34,140 nucleotides of DNA from an uncultured Candidatus Peribacteria bacterium (GTDB taxonomy: Bacteria; Patescibacteriota; Gracilibacteria; UBA4473). This document shows, piece by piece, positions 1-7,999 of this stretch. The position numbers and the translations under genes are program-made. The first letter of the stretch is position 1. Each line of letters begins with the position of its first letter. The notes below the pieces were generated by a model, which was given only the letters and a program-made list of their open reading frames with translations, ran no database searches and was not told the origin of the DNA. Location of the stretch: positions 1 through 34,140 of the forward strand of contig CAZVBV010000002.1 in assembly GCA_964625805.1 (NCBI GenBank), given 5' to 3'.

Positions 1-1613
1 AAACGCGTAGTGTGGGCTCTGATATGGAAGCTCTAATTTTGGAAAATAATCTCATTAAAGAATTCCAACCGCGGTTTAATGTTCGGCTCAAAGACGATAA
101 AAATTTCGTGTATTTACGAATAACGAATGAAGATTTTCCTAAGATGGAAGTCACTCGTCGCTTAGTTCGTGATGGAAGCACGTATATCGGGCCTAAAACT
201 TCAGCGAAAGAATTCCGAGAAACGGTTCGATTTTGTCAGAAGTTTTTCCGAATAAAACTGACCAAGGCCTCTCTCGATTATTATCCCCTTGTTATCACAG
301 GAGGACTGGAAAACGACCAAGAATCGTACAACAAAAACGTAAAAATGATGACTCAATTTCTTCGCGGACAAACGAGCGAAGTGTTGAAAATTTTAACGGA
401 AAAAATGAAGAAATTTGCTGTGGAAAAAAACTTTGAAGCGGCTGCAAAAACCCGTGATACTATTCAATCCATTGAAGCGTCCACACGGAAGCAAACGGTA
501 CAGTTTGATGACAATGTTAATCGTGATTTCGTACATTTCGTGAGACACGAGAACGCCGCCTATATCGTTCGTATCGCCTTCAGACAAGGGAAACTCTTGG
601 ATCAAAACGAGTTCAGTTTTCGCGCAGAAGAATTCCTCTCCGATCAAGAAATTTTGGAGTCTTTCCTCCTACAATTTTATGAAAAAGTACAAGAAATGCC
701 GTCTGAAATTTTTGTTCCCGTCCAATTGGACGACGCCGAGAAAACAGCTCAATTTTTATCTGAACATTTCGGAAATAATGAAAAAATGACCATTCTCATC
801 CCTCAACGTGGAGAGAAAAAAATCGTTCTCGATATGACCGGAAAAAATGCGAAACTTTTTACTGAACGAAAATTATTAGAAGAAGAATCCCATGCTCAGA
901 ATTTCGCAAAAGCCCTCCCTCGGCTCGCTGAAGCGTTGAATCTGAAAGAAGTTCCCCGTCGTATGGAATGTTTTGATATTTCACATTTAGGCGGAACTTC
1001 TACGGTCGCGAGCCAAGTAGTTTTCATCAGTGGAGAACCAAAGAAATCAGAATACCGACGATTCACCGTCAAAACATTACCCGATGGAAAAGTAGATGAT
1101 TTTGCCGCCATGAATGAGATTCTTGCTCGCCGATTCGCAAGAAAAGATGATAAAAAGTTCGCGGAAAAATTCCCTGATCTCATCGTGATTGATGGAGGAA
1201 AAGGACAACTCTCAAGCGTTATGAAGGCAGTAGCGAGGTTTTCGAAAGCGAAATCGTTCCCAAAAAACTTCCGACCGACCAAGCAAATTATTGCACTGGC
1301 AAAACGCGAAGAAGAGATTTTTCTGCCCAATAAAAAAGAACCGATCGAACTTCCTTTTGATGATCCAGCGTTGAAGTTGTTGCAACGAATTAGAGATGAA
1401 GCACATCGATTTGCAATTTCATTTCACAGGTCAGTGCGAGACAAGAAAGCCATTAAGTCTGTCCTTGACGACATTCCACTCATTGGAGGGCTAACAAAAA
1501 AGAAACTATTACAAGCGTTTGGTTCTGTGGGAGAAATCAAAAAAGCAGATAAAAAAGACCTCCTCAAAGTTCTCAGCCCAAAACAATTAGAGAGCTTGAA
1601 AAAGAATTTATGA
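1..1613 (+). CDS. uvrC: Excinuclease ABC subunit C (UvrC), 5'-truncated by the window edge
   Basis: The frame is open from nt 3, with no stop before the listed start at 12. N-terminal residues EALILENNLIKEFQPRFN match the end of the GIY-YIG domain. RMECFDISHLGGTSTVASQVVF matches the UvrC endonuclease core. A C-terminal helix-hairpin-helix region is present (IPLIGGLTKKKLLQAFGS). Confidence 0.9.
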   Translation, partial: TRSVGSDMEALILENNLIKEFQPRFNVRLKDDKNFVYLRITNEDFPKMEVTRRLVRDGSTYIGPKTSAKEFRETVRFCQKFFRIKLTKASLDYYPLVITGGLENDQESYNKNVKMMTQFLRGQTSEVLKILTEKMKKFAVEKNFEAAAKTRDTIQSIEASTRKQTVQFDDNVNRDFVHFVRHENAAYIVRIAFRQGKLLDQNEFSFRAEEFLSDQEILESFLLQFYEKVQEMPSEIFVPVQLDDAEKTAQFLSEHFGNNEKMTILIPQRGEKKIVLDMTGKNAKLFTERKLLEEESHAQNFAKALPRLAEALNLKEVPRRMECFDISHLGGTSTVASQVVFISGEPKKSEYRRFTVKTLPDGKVDDFAAMNEILARRFARKDDKKFAEKFPDLIVIDGGKGQLSSVMKAVARFSKAKSFPKNFRPTKQIIALAKREEEIFLPNKKEPIELPFDDPALKLLQRIRDEAHRFAISFHRSVRDKKAIKSVLDDIPLIGGLTKKKLLQAFGSVGEIKKADKKDLLKVLSPKQLESLKKNL

Positions 1614-2000
1614 TAACGACCCTGGGAAATCCTCCATCCCGATATCTTCAATGTGTTCGCAACGCTCTTCGCCTTTTTTTAGATGCACAATGACCGCATC
1701 CACACGGAAGAAAGGCAATTCTTCGAGATTTAATTCTTTTATGAAAAAGGCCTCGATAGCTGTTAGAATTTTTTCGAATTTCTGCTGTGTTATAGATTCT
1801 TCTCCGTGCCCGAAGGCTTCGTTCGTGCGTGTTTTTACTTCTACAAACACATATTCATCGTCCTGCTCATCCTTCATAATGAGATCAAGTTCTCCACCTT
1901 GCGCATGATAATTCTTTTGAAGGAATTCCAATCCTTTGCGTTCCAAAAACTCCCGGGCTATTTCTTCGCCGCGGTTTCCGATCTGTTTTTCCTTGGTCAT
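1608..2000 (-). CDS. yraN: YraN/UPF0102 family endonuclease-like protein
   Basis: 130 aa. GEEIAREFLERKGLEFLQKNYHAQGGELDLIMKD...VFVEVKTR is the typical UPF0102 pattern. Lies 11 nt downstream of gmk on the same strand. Confidence 0.8.
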   Translation of the reverse strand: MTKEKQIGNRGEEIAREFLERKGLEFLQKNYHAQGGELDLIMKDEQDDEYVFVEVKTRTNEAFGHGEESITQQKFEKILTAIEAFFIKELNLEELPFFRVDAVIVHLKKGEERCEHIEDIGMEDFPGSLS

Positions 2001-2011
2001 CGCAAGGGATG

Positions 2012-2596
2012 TTAAGAACCCGGAGCGGTTTGTGACAGAATAATTTCCTCTGTTTTCTGAGTCATTTCATCTATCTCACCATGCTCCGACACCACAGTAT
2101 AATCATAGTATTTTTCTTGTGCCAATTCTTTTTTCATCGATTCGATTCGTTTTGCTAATTCAATGTCTGCAATCGGGGCTCTGTCGCGTATTCGTTGGAT
2201 GAGTGTTTCAATTCCGTCCCCTGGTTTGAGGAATATGGAAATATACAGTTCTTTGGGCAAAGTCTCACGTGCTTGTGAAAATCCCTGCACATCAAATTCC
2301 CGTACTACAGTTTTTCCTTTCTCTACTCCATCGAGCAATGGTTGTCGCAGTGTTCCATAGGATTCTCCTCCGTGCACAATCGCATGTTCGAGGAATTCCC
2401 CTTCGCTTATTTTTTGTCGAAATTTCTCTTGAGAAATAAAGAAATACGTCTCCCCATCAATCTCTCCTGGACGCGGTGCACGCGTCGTACAACTGGGCGG
2501 AAAGGACCATTCAGGATGCTTATCACGCAACTGATCAATGAGCGTTCCTTTCCCTACGCCTGAGGGTCCTGATATAAAAACAATTTTTCCTGTCAT
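2012..2596 (-). CDS. gmk: Guanylate kinase
   Basis: P-loop GPSGVGKGT and the TTRAPRPGEIDGETYFF motif. I prefer the ATG at 2596 over the GTG at 2599 listed in the ORF track. Confidence 0.92.
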   Translation of the reverse strand: MTGKIVFISGPSGVGKGTLIDQLRDKHPEWSFPPSCTTRAPRPGEIDGETYFFISQEKFRQKISEGEFLEHAIVHGGESYGTLRQPLLDGVEKGKTVVREFDVQGFSQARETLPKELYISIFLKPGDGIETLIQRIRDRAPIADIELAKRIESMKKELAQEKYYDYTVVSEHGEIDEMTQKTEEIILSQTAPGS

Positions 2597-2603
2597 CACG
2601 AGA

Positions 2604-2613
2604 AGTGTACACT
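2604..2613. promoter_or_regulatory. Perfect 10-bp palindrome AGTGTACACT giving a TACACT -10-like hexamer on both strands
   Basis: It sits centrally in the 24-bp gap between the divergent gmk (ATG 2596) and folB-like (ATG 2621) genes. On each strand TACACT lies exactly 7 nt upstream of the ATG. Confidence 0.45.
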
Positions 2614-2620
2614 CAAAGCG

Positions 2621-2953
2621 ATGAAATTTAAAATTCGAGACATCGAAATTTTACTCTCTCTGGGGATAACTCCAGAAGAACGATCCCTGCCACAGAAAAT
2701 TCTTATTTCTCTCTTCTGGAACGCAGATACCGTGAAGGCAGAACAATCCGATAATCTCGCTGATACAACGGATTACTTCGTCGTCCGAGAGTTTGTAAAA
2801 ACCTTTTTACAAGATAAGTCCTTTTCGTTATTGGAAAAACTCCACCATGAATTATTTCAGGCCGTAGGAAATTACTTCCCTGAATTACAGGATCTCAAAA
2901 TCACCATCGAGAAGTTTCCTTTCGAAAGTGGAAGCATCGTGATTGAAAACTAA
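2621..2953 (+). CDS. folB: Dihydroneopterin aldolase-like protein (FolB family)
   Basis: 110 aa. The pattern IRDIEILLSLGITPEERSLPQKILISL...DNLADTTDYFVV...SLLEKL resembles FolB/FolX family proteins. Confidence 0.6.
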   Translation: MKFKIRDIEILLSLGITPEERSLPQKILISLFWNADTVKAEQSDNLADTTDYFVVREFVKTFLQDKSFSLLEKLHHELFQAVGNYFPELQDLKITIEKFPFESGSIVIEN

Positions 2954-3387
2954 ACCAGCAGATACACCCCGTACCCCAGAAATATCGCAACTCCATAAGG
3001 AATCGGTACTTTGAAAGGCTTTGGAACTTTTTTCCATTTGAAATACAAACCGCTCGTAAGGGCTTGGAGCCCCCCCATAATCGCAACAAAAAACAAGATT
3101 TGAGCAAATTCGGGAATGGAAGTTGATATCGCCATAACGAGAAGCATTTTTATATCGCCTCCTCCAAGGAGTTTAAGAAAGAACGATCCCCACAAAAGAA
3201 TACTCGCCAAGATTAGTGTCAGTACATACACTGTTCGTTCATCGTCCGTAAAGAAATATCCAAAGAATATCACCCCTAGCAGGGCCGACATGGTAAGCCA
3301 ATTTGGAATGGTGTATGTGCGCATATCCCATACGGCACCCACTCCTGCGACCAAGAGAATTGCCAGTTCCAGTCCATCAATATTCAT
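2950..3387 (-). CDS. A24-family prepilin peptidase (CpaA/TadV-like)
   Basis: 145 aa, polytopic. Has the D-containing N-terminal motif (AVWDMRTYTIPNWL) and the GGGDIKML motif typical of type IV/Flp prepilin peptidases. Divergent from the flp gene. Confidence 0.8.
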   Translation of the reverse strand: MNIDGLELAILLVAGVGAVWDMRTYTIPNWLTMSALLGVIFFGYFFTDDERTVYVLTLILASILLWGSFFLKLLGGGDIKMLLVMAISTSIPEFAQILFFVAIMGGLQALTSGLYFKWKKVPKPFKVPIPYGVAIFLGYGVYLLV

Positions 3388-3650
3388 ACTCTCAGTATCC
3401 CGAAATTTTAAAAATTGGGAAGTGTGGAAGGTTAAAAAGGGCTCATTTCTTCATATAAATTTCACAATTGAGAATGGCATCTTCTTTCCTACGAATAGGA
3501 TATCCGTAGTCATAGAGTTCGTTTTTCATATCTTTCAAGAAAAAAGAAGGAATTCAGAAAGGAGCAACACTCATCTTTCCATTTCATCAAAACATTGGCA
3601 TTGCCAAAAAAGCTATGCCATCTTCACTGTACTTCTTAACCCCCCTTCTC

Positions 3651-3812
3651 ATGAAAAAAGCTTTCATCAGAATGTTCACTAACAATTCCGGTCAAACAAT
3701 GACCGAATATGCCCTCATTTTGGCAGTTGTCGCCGTGGTCGTAGTTGGCACAGTTACACTCCTCGGAAATGATATCCAGGCCATATTCCAAAGTGTTGTT
3801 GATGCCGTCTAA
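3651..3812 (+). CDS. flp: Flp/Fap-family pilin
   Basis: MKKAFIRMFTNNSGQTMTEYALILAVVAVVVVG carries the Flp processing motif G/xTxxEY followed by a hydrophobic helix. I prefer the start at ATG 3651 to the upstream ATG 3615. Confidence 0.8.
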   Translation: MKKAFIRMFTNNSGQTMTEYALILAVVAVVVVGTVTLLGNDIQAIFQSVVDAV

Positions 3813-4128
3813 CCTGTATCATCATGTTCCGTGTTCGGTCGCAACCCATTGGATAGAGAGAGTATTGGGGCTTATGGGGAAAAAACCTCCCTTTCGTCCA
3901 CTATTTATCCCTCAGTGTTGGGGGGTTCATACCTATTTCCTCCGCGCCCCGATTTCTCTTATCTGGCTCGATCCTTTTTCTCAGATTGTTCGCATTGATC
4001 GTCATGTCCATCCGTGGAAAACAAGAACCTGCAAACAAGCGGTGAGTGTTTTGGAATTCCAAGATGATTGCTTTCCTGATGATATTCAACCGAAAGATAC
4101 TATTCATATTTTCCCTCTCAAAAAATGA
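3802..4128 (+). CDS. DUF192-like protein
   Basis: ERVLGLMGKK...PLFIPQCWGVHTYFLRAPISLIWLD...IVRIDRHVHPW...AVSVLEF resembles the DUF192 (COG1430) pattern. The start is uncertain (3745, 3769 or 3802). Its stop forms an ATGA overlap with the next gene. Confidence 0.5.
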   Translation: MPSNLYHHVPCSVATHWIERVLGLMGKKPPFRPLFIPQCWGVHTYFLRAPISLIWLDPFSQIVRIDRHVHPWKTRTCKQAVSVLEFQDDCFPDDIQPKDTIHIFPLKK

Positions 4129-4559
4129 AAAAACTCTGGCAGGACCAACACGGTCAAGCTTTGGGGGAAACAGCACTTCTGCTCCCCCTTCTTTTTCTTA
4201 TTGTTTTTGGGTTTTTACAATTGGGACTCGCTATTGCGGACAAACAAAAGCTTTTATATGTGACCAATTACGCCGTACAAGTCGGGTCTCTTTCTAATAA
4301 TGATTTAAAAATTAGTGGTGCTATTGAAGAATTTTATGATGGAAATGACATCACATTTCAAATTGAAAGTCATGATGGAGAAACGGGAAACGTTATTCTC
4401 AATACCAATCGAAAATACAAAGATATTCTGACAGTCTCCATGCAAAAACCGTTTTTTCTCACGATCCCATTTTTGGATGTGGCGGTAAATGACACTCAAA
4501 CCACAAGCTCTGCAAAAGTTCTCTGTACCAATCTCACCCCTCCCTACACATGCGAATAG
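4125..4559 (+). CDS. TadE-like pseudopilin/pilus assembly protein
   Basis: The N-terminus GQALGETALLLPLLFLIVFGFLQLG matches the TadE_N motif (G-x-x-x-E followed by a hydrophobic helix). Confidence 0.7.
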   Translation: MKKLWQDQHGQALGETALLLPLLFLIVFGFLQLGLAIADKQKLLYVTNYAVQVGSLSNNDLKISGAIEEFYDGNDITFQIESHDGETGNVILNTNRKYKDILTVSMQKPFFLTIPFLDVAVNDTQTTSSAKVLCTNLTPPYTCE

Positions 4560-5098
4560 TGCGAAATGAAGATGGATTCGTACTCCCATTTATAGCCATT
4601 CTTTTGATGGCTCTCTTTCTTGTGGGCGCGATTATTCTTGATGTTGGGAGTTTTTATCTTCGTCATGGAGAACTTCAGCCCTTGGCGAAACAAAGTGCAA
4701 ATGCGGGGATTCTGAAATTTGTAGACGCAATGGAAGGAAAGGCGGAGCAAAATAAATCTGCCTTCTGTAATGTCGAAGAACCCCCTGCCGTGTGTAGTTC
4801 CGAAGATATGTTTGATTTTCTTACGAGCGGAGAAATTGTTGACCTCGTCAGTTCCCCAACCGTTCAAGAGGCCGTTTCTGATGCAAGCATTGCCTTTTTA
4901 ACCATGTACGATCCCCAGTTAATCATTGGAAATGAAAATATACAGATAACCTTTCCCTATGAATACGAAGGCGTTTCCGAACTTCAAATACAAGTGATTA
5001 TAAGTGATGCTCCCCAGCGATTTCTCGAAGGAATTTTCCCTGTCACCGATGATGAAATTCAGGTGCATGCCATTTCATATATCGCGACTCCATTTTGA
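4550..5098 (+). CDS. TadG/Tad_N-like pilus assembly protein
   Basis: The N-terminus DGFVLPFIAILLMALFLVGAIILDVGSFYLRHGELQPLAKQSANAG matches the putative Flp pilus-assembly TadE/G-like N-terminal pattern. Overlaps the previous gene by 10 nt. Confidence 0.6.
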   Translation: MRIVRNEDGFVLPFIAILLMALFLVGAIILDVGSFYLRHGELQPLAKQSANAGILKFVDAMEGKAEQNKSAFCNVEEPPAVCSSEDMFDFLTSGEIVDLVSSPTVQEAVSDASIAFLTMYDPQLIIGNENIQITFPYEYEGVSELQIQVIISDAPQRFLEGIFPVTDDEIQVHAISYIATPF

Positions 5099-5131
5099 CA
5101 CCCTCCACCCCTTGCTATGAAAGGATTTCTA

Positions 5132-5166
5132 TGGTATACTTAAGAGAAAGGTTAACTTTCTCTTAA
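5132..5166 (+). promoter_or_regulatory. Extended -10 (TGgTATACT) followed by an 11-bp-arm inverted repeat that reaches the start codon
   Basis: TGGTATACT lies at 5132-5140. TTAAGAGAAAG (5140-5150), GTTAA, then CTTTCTCTTAA (5156-5166). The final A of the right arm is the A of ATG 5166. Confidence 0.4.
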
Positions 5167-5819
5167 TGAAAACAATGCTAAAAACCGTTACCGACATTCT
5201 TTCCCAACATAAGAAAGAACTTATCTTTTGGGGGACAATTACCCTCGTTATTCTTGCTGTTGCAAGCACGGCACTCTTTCTCTCGTCTCAGGTATTACCT
5301 GACTACGCAGAAGAAGAGGTGTTTCATTCCTCTGCTCCACGAATTGAAGTAGGCGAAAATTTGCCAACCGTACCCGTGCATTCTCCGGCTCAATATGTTG
5401 GAAAAGCAAATGATGCACTTGGAACGGTAAAATCATATTTCTCTGCATACAATAAACAGGATTTTACAAACGCTTGTCGTTTACTCGATCCAGCAAACTG
5501 TAATCCCGAAAGTCCATACGCTGTTAATCGTCTCTCTGACGAATACAACAAAATGTCGAACGGGTATGAAAACTGGAACTTTTGGATCCCAGAAGGAAAC
5601 GAGGATTTCCACAGTGATGTTGTGTGTGTGAAATATTCATACCACTACAACGATGACGTGAAGAACAAACGAGTGCATGAACGACTCAGTTTCTACGTAC
5701 GAAGAGATGAAAATGGAAATGACCGAATCTACAGTCGAGTTTGTGAAAAGAAATTCGCACAAGATTCTGGAGACATGCCCTGTCCAATTCTTTCACGAAG
5801 AGATTTTTGTTTGAACTAA
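5166..5819 (+). CDS. Membrane-anchored hypothetical protein (Cys-rich ectodomain)
   Basis: 217 aa with an N-terminal TM helix (LIFWGTITLVILAVASTALFL). No domain recognised with confidence. Followed by a strong terminator. Confidence 0.6.
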   Translation: MKTMLKTVTDILSQHKKELIFWGTITLVILAVASTALFLSSQVLPDYAEEEVFHSSAPRIEVGENLPTVPVHSPAQYVGKANDALGTVKSYFSAYNKQDFTNACRLLDPANCNPESPYAVNRLSDEYNKMSNGYENWNFWIPEGNEDFHSDVVCVKYSYHYNDDVKNKRVHERLSFYVRRDENGNDRIYSRVCEKKFAQDSGDMPCPILSRRDFCLN

Positions 5820-5844
5820 GGATTCAGTAAACCATTTAAGCGGA

Positions 5845-5877
5845 AAGGCCATCACAGTGTGATGGCCTTTTTTTTTA
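5845..5877 (+). terminator. Rho-independent terminator
   Basis: GGCCATCAC (5847-5855), AGT loop, GTGATGGCC (5859-5867), followed by a T9 run. Confidence 0.8.
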
Positions 5878-5910
5878 CTTGATTCAAAAACTTACTACAA
5901 TCATCGCACA

Positions 5911-6654
5911 ATGACTCTTACTTATATTTTACTGTTCACGTTCCTCGGAAGTATTGGATCAGTTCTAATCGCTTCGCTCTTTTTATTGTGCAAAGGAAAT
6001 ACACAAAAAAAACTTGTGCCAATCCTCATTACCTTCGCCACGGGGGCGTTGCTTGGAAGTGCCTTTTTGGGACTTATTCCCGAAAGTTTGGAACATTTAT
6101 CTGCAGATAAAGTACTCCCAACTGTGCTTGGAGGAATTCTCTTTTTCTTCTTTCTAGAAAAAATTATCCGTGTGCACCACTGTCATAATGTTGATTGTAA
6201 TTCCCATGATAAAAGTCTTGGAAAGATGATTTTTGTTGGCGACGCACTTCATAATTTCATTGATGGACTTATGATCGCTGGAGCATTTTTAGTATCGATC
6301 CCTGCCGGAATCATGGTGGCAGTTGCTGTTATTATTCATGAAATTCCTCAAGAACTTGGTGATTTTGGTATCTTTCTTCACAGTGGATATTCCAAACGAA
6401 AAGCGATGGTGATGAATCTTCTCTCAAGTGCTACCGCTTTTATAGGAGCTGGTGTTGGGTATATTGCTTTTCAAAAAGCGCATGAATTTGTTCCTTATGT
6501 AATGGCCTTTGCAGCTGCTAGTTTCATTTATATTGCACTTGCAGATCTCTCACCAGAACTCCATAAACAAACCAAACTTTCTCATTCACTTCAGCAAATA
6601 TTCCTCCTTCTTCTTGGAGTAGGAATCATCGCATTAGTAGGACATCTTCACTAA
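5911..6654 (+). CDS. ZIP family (ZupT-like) divalent metal transporter
   Basis: Multi-TM protein with the motifs HNFIDGLMIAGAF and HEIPQELGDFGI, plus a His-rich loop HHCHNVDCNSHD. Confidence 0.85.
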   Translation: MTLTYILLFTFLGSIGSVLIASLFLLCKGNTQKKLVPILITFATGALLGSAFLGLIPESLEHLSADKVLPTVLGGILFFFFLEKIIRVHHCHNVDCNSHDKSLGKMIFVGDALHNFIDGLMIAGAFLVSIPAGIMVAVAVIIHEIPQELGDFGIFLHSGYSKRKAMVMNLLSSATAFIGAGVGYIAFQKAHEFVPYVMAFAAASFIYIALADLSPELHKQTKLSHSLQQIFLLLLGVGIIALVGHLH

Positions 6655-6693
6655 CTTTCTTTTTTAAGAAAAATTGGTATCGTCGGGCTTCCA

Positions 6694-6702
6694 TGAGATA
6701 AT
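6694..6702 (+). promoter_or_regulatory. Extended -10-like element TGaGATAAT, 7 nt upstream of ATG 6710
   Basis: Read directly from the sequence. No Shine-Dalgarno sequence lies between it and the ATG. Confidence 0.4.
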
Positions 6703-6709
6703 ATTTTTG

Positions 6710-7999
6710 ATGTACGAACGATTTATTTTTGAAAGCTACGACTTCTCTCCTGAGGAAAAAAAGCTGACTTTAAACTATTCACTCGACGGAAAAGTGAATT
6801 TTTCGGAAACAGTTGTCTTTGATTTTGATTTCACTGATTACAATCCGAATGCACTTGATAAAGCACTCTTTGGAGTATTCGTGATGTGTGGGATTTCCTA
6901 TTTCAAAGCGTATCTCCCTGCGAAAATTGAATTTAAAAATGGTGGACTCACTGATAATCAGAAACTCTTCTTTGAAAAAATTTACACTTACGGACTGGGA
7001 GAATTTTTTTACAGAAATGAAATCGATCCAAATGGAAAAATAAATTTTGAACTGGATGAAAGCGTGGAAAGTCGACCTATTGATCTTCCAAACTCTACTG
7101 GTTCACTCGTCCCTATCGGAGGAGGAAAGGACTCGATCACGACCGCTGAAATTCTAAAGAAAAATAACGAAGATTTTGAAACATGGACGGTTGGTGATTA
7201 TCCATTTTTCGCTCCGATGCTTGAAAAAATTGGAAAACAGCATATGAAAGTCCGACGCACGATCGATCCAAAACTATTCGAGCTCAATAACGATGGCGCC
7301 CTTAATGGTCACGTTCCTATCTCTGCTATTTTGGCATTCTTGGGAGTGACAAGTGCGATTTTGAGAGGGAAACAGAATGTCATTCTTTCAAATGAAAATT
7401 CCGCCAATGAACCGACATTGGAATTTAATGGAGTACCGGTAAATCATCAGTATTCCAAAAGTTTGGAATTTGAAACTGATTTTCAGAGCTATGTGCACAC
7501 GCATATTTCTTCTGATGTAAATTATTTTTCTTTTCTTCGTCCGTTGTCTGAACTCAAGATTGCGGAACTGTTTTGTAAAAACTTTTTGGAAAAATATGAG
7601 AAAGATTTCTCAAGTTGTAATACAAATTTCCGTATCACCGATGGAACAAATGAGTGGCGATGGTGCAAAAAATGCCCGAAATGTGCTTTTGTGTTTATCC
7701 TCTTCGCTCCTTTTGTAGAAAGAGATAAACTTATTGAAATATTCGGAGGCAACCTTTTTACTGACGAATCACTCTATCCAACGTTTGCTCAACTACTCGG
7801 GCAAACCGAAAGCAAACCGTTTGAATGTGTTGGTGAAATTGAAGAAGTAAAACGAGCGCTCCAACTCGCAAAAGAAACGGGGCATTGGCCGGAATTAGAA
7901 AAATTCACCACTGAAATTTCGGATTACAACGAACACGAATGGCATGCGAATCTCATGCCTCAATATTTTGAATACATGCTCAAGGACTTCCGCCCATGA
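6710..7999 (+). CDS. PP-loop-like ATP-binding protein with a CxxCxxC motif, coupled to the MurD-like ligase (candidate MurL-type epimerase)
   Basis: Long clean ORF. VPIGGGKDSITTAE resembles the SGGxDS PP-loop, and WRWCKKCPKCAF is a Cys motif. Its stop forms an ATGA overlap with the MurD-like start at 7996-7999. I prefer ATG 6710 to the TTG at 6674. The gene call is confident; the function is an inference. Confidence 0.7.
   Translation: MYERFIFESYDFSPEEKKLTLNYSLDGKVNFSETVVFDFDFTDYNPNALDKALFGVFVMCGISYFKAYLPAKIEFKNGGLTDNQKLFFEKIYTYGLGEFFYRNEIDPNGKINFELDESVESRPIDLPNSTGSLVPIGGGKDSITTAEILKKNNEDFETWTVGDYPFFAPMLEKIGKQHMKVRRTIDPKLFELNNDGALNGHVPISAILAFLGVTSAILRGKQNVILSNENSANEPTLEFNGVPVNHQYSKSLEFETDFQSYVHTHISSDVNYFSFLRPLSELKIAELFCKNFLEKYEKDFSSCNTNFRITDGTNEWRWCKKCPKCAFVFILFAPFVERDKLIEIFGGNLFTDESLYPTFAQLLGQTESKPFECVGEIEEVKRALQLAKETGHWPELEKFTTEISDYNEHEWHANLMPQYFEYMLKDFRP

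Noticed and set aside
3443-3529. 28-aa minus-strand ORF (MKNELYDYGYPIRRKEDAILNCEIYMKK) in the peptidase-flp intergenic region
   Set aside because: It is very short, has no SD or promoter signal that I can point to, and has no recognisable motif. The evidence is insufficient.
3595-3607. Palindrome TTGGCATTGCCAA upstream of flp as a sigma-54 promoter
   Set aside because: The spacing does not fit the GG-N10-GC (-24/-12) sigma-54 architecture. It may be an operator or a -35-like element, but I cannot support a specific call.
3116-3682. 188-aa plus-strand ORF
   Set aside because: It lies almost entirely antisense to the well-supported prepilin peptidase gene and runs on through the intergenic region. 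Its composition is low-complexity and non-protein-like. The Flp gene explains its 3' portion.
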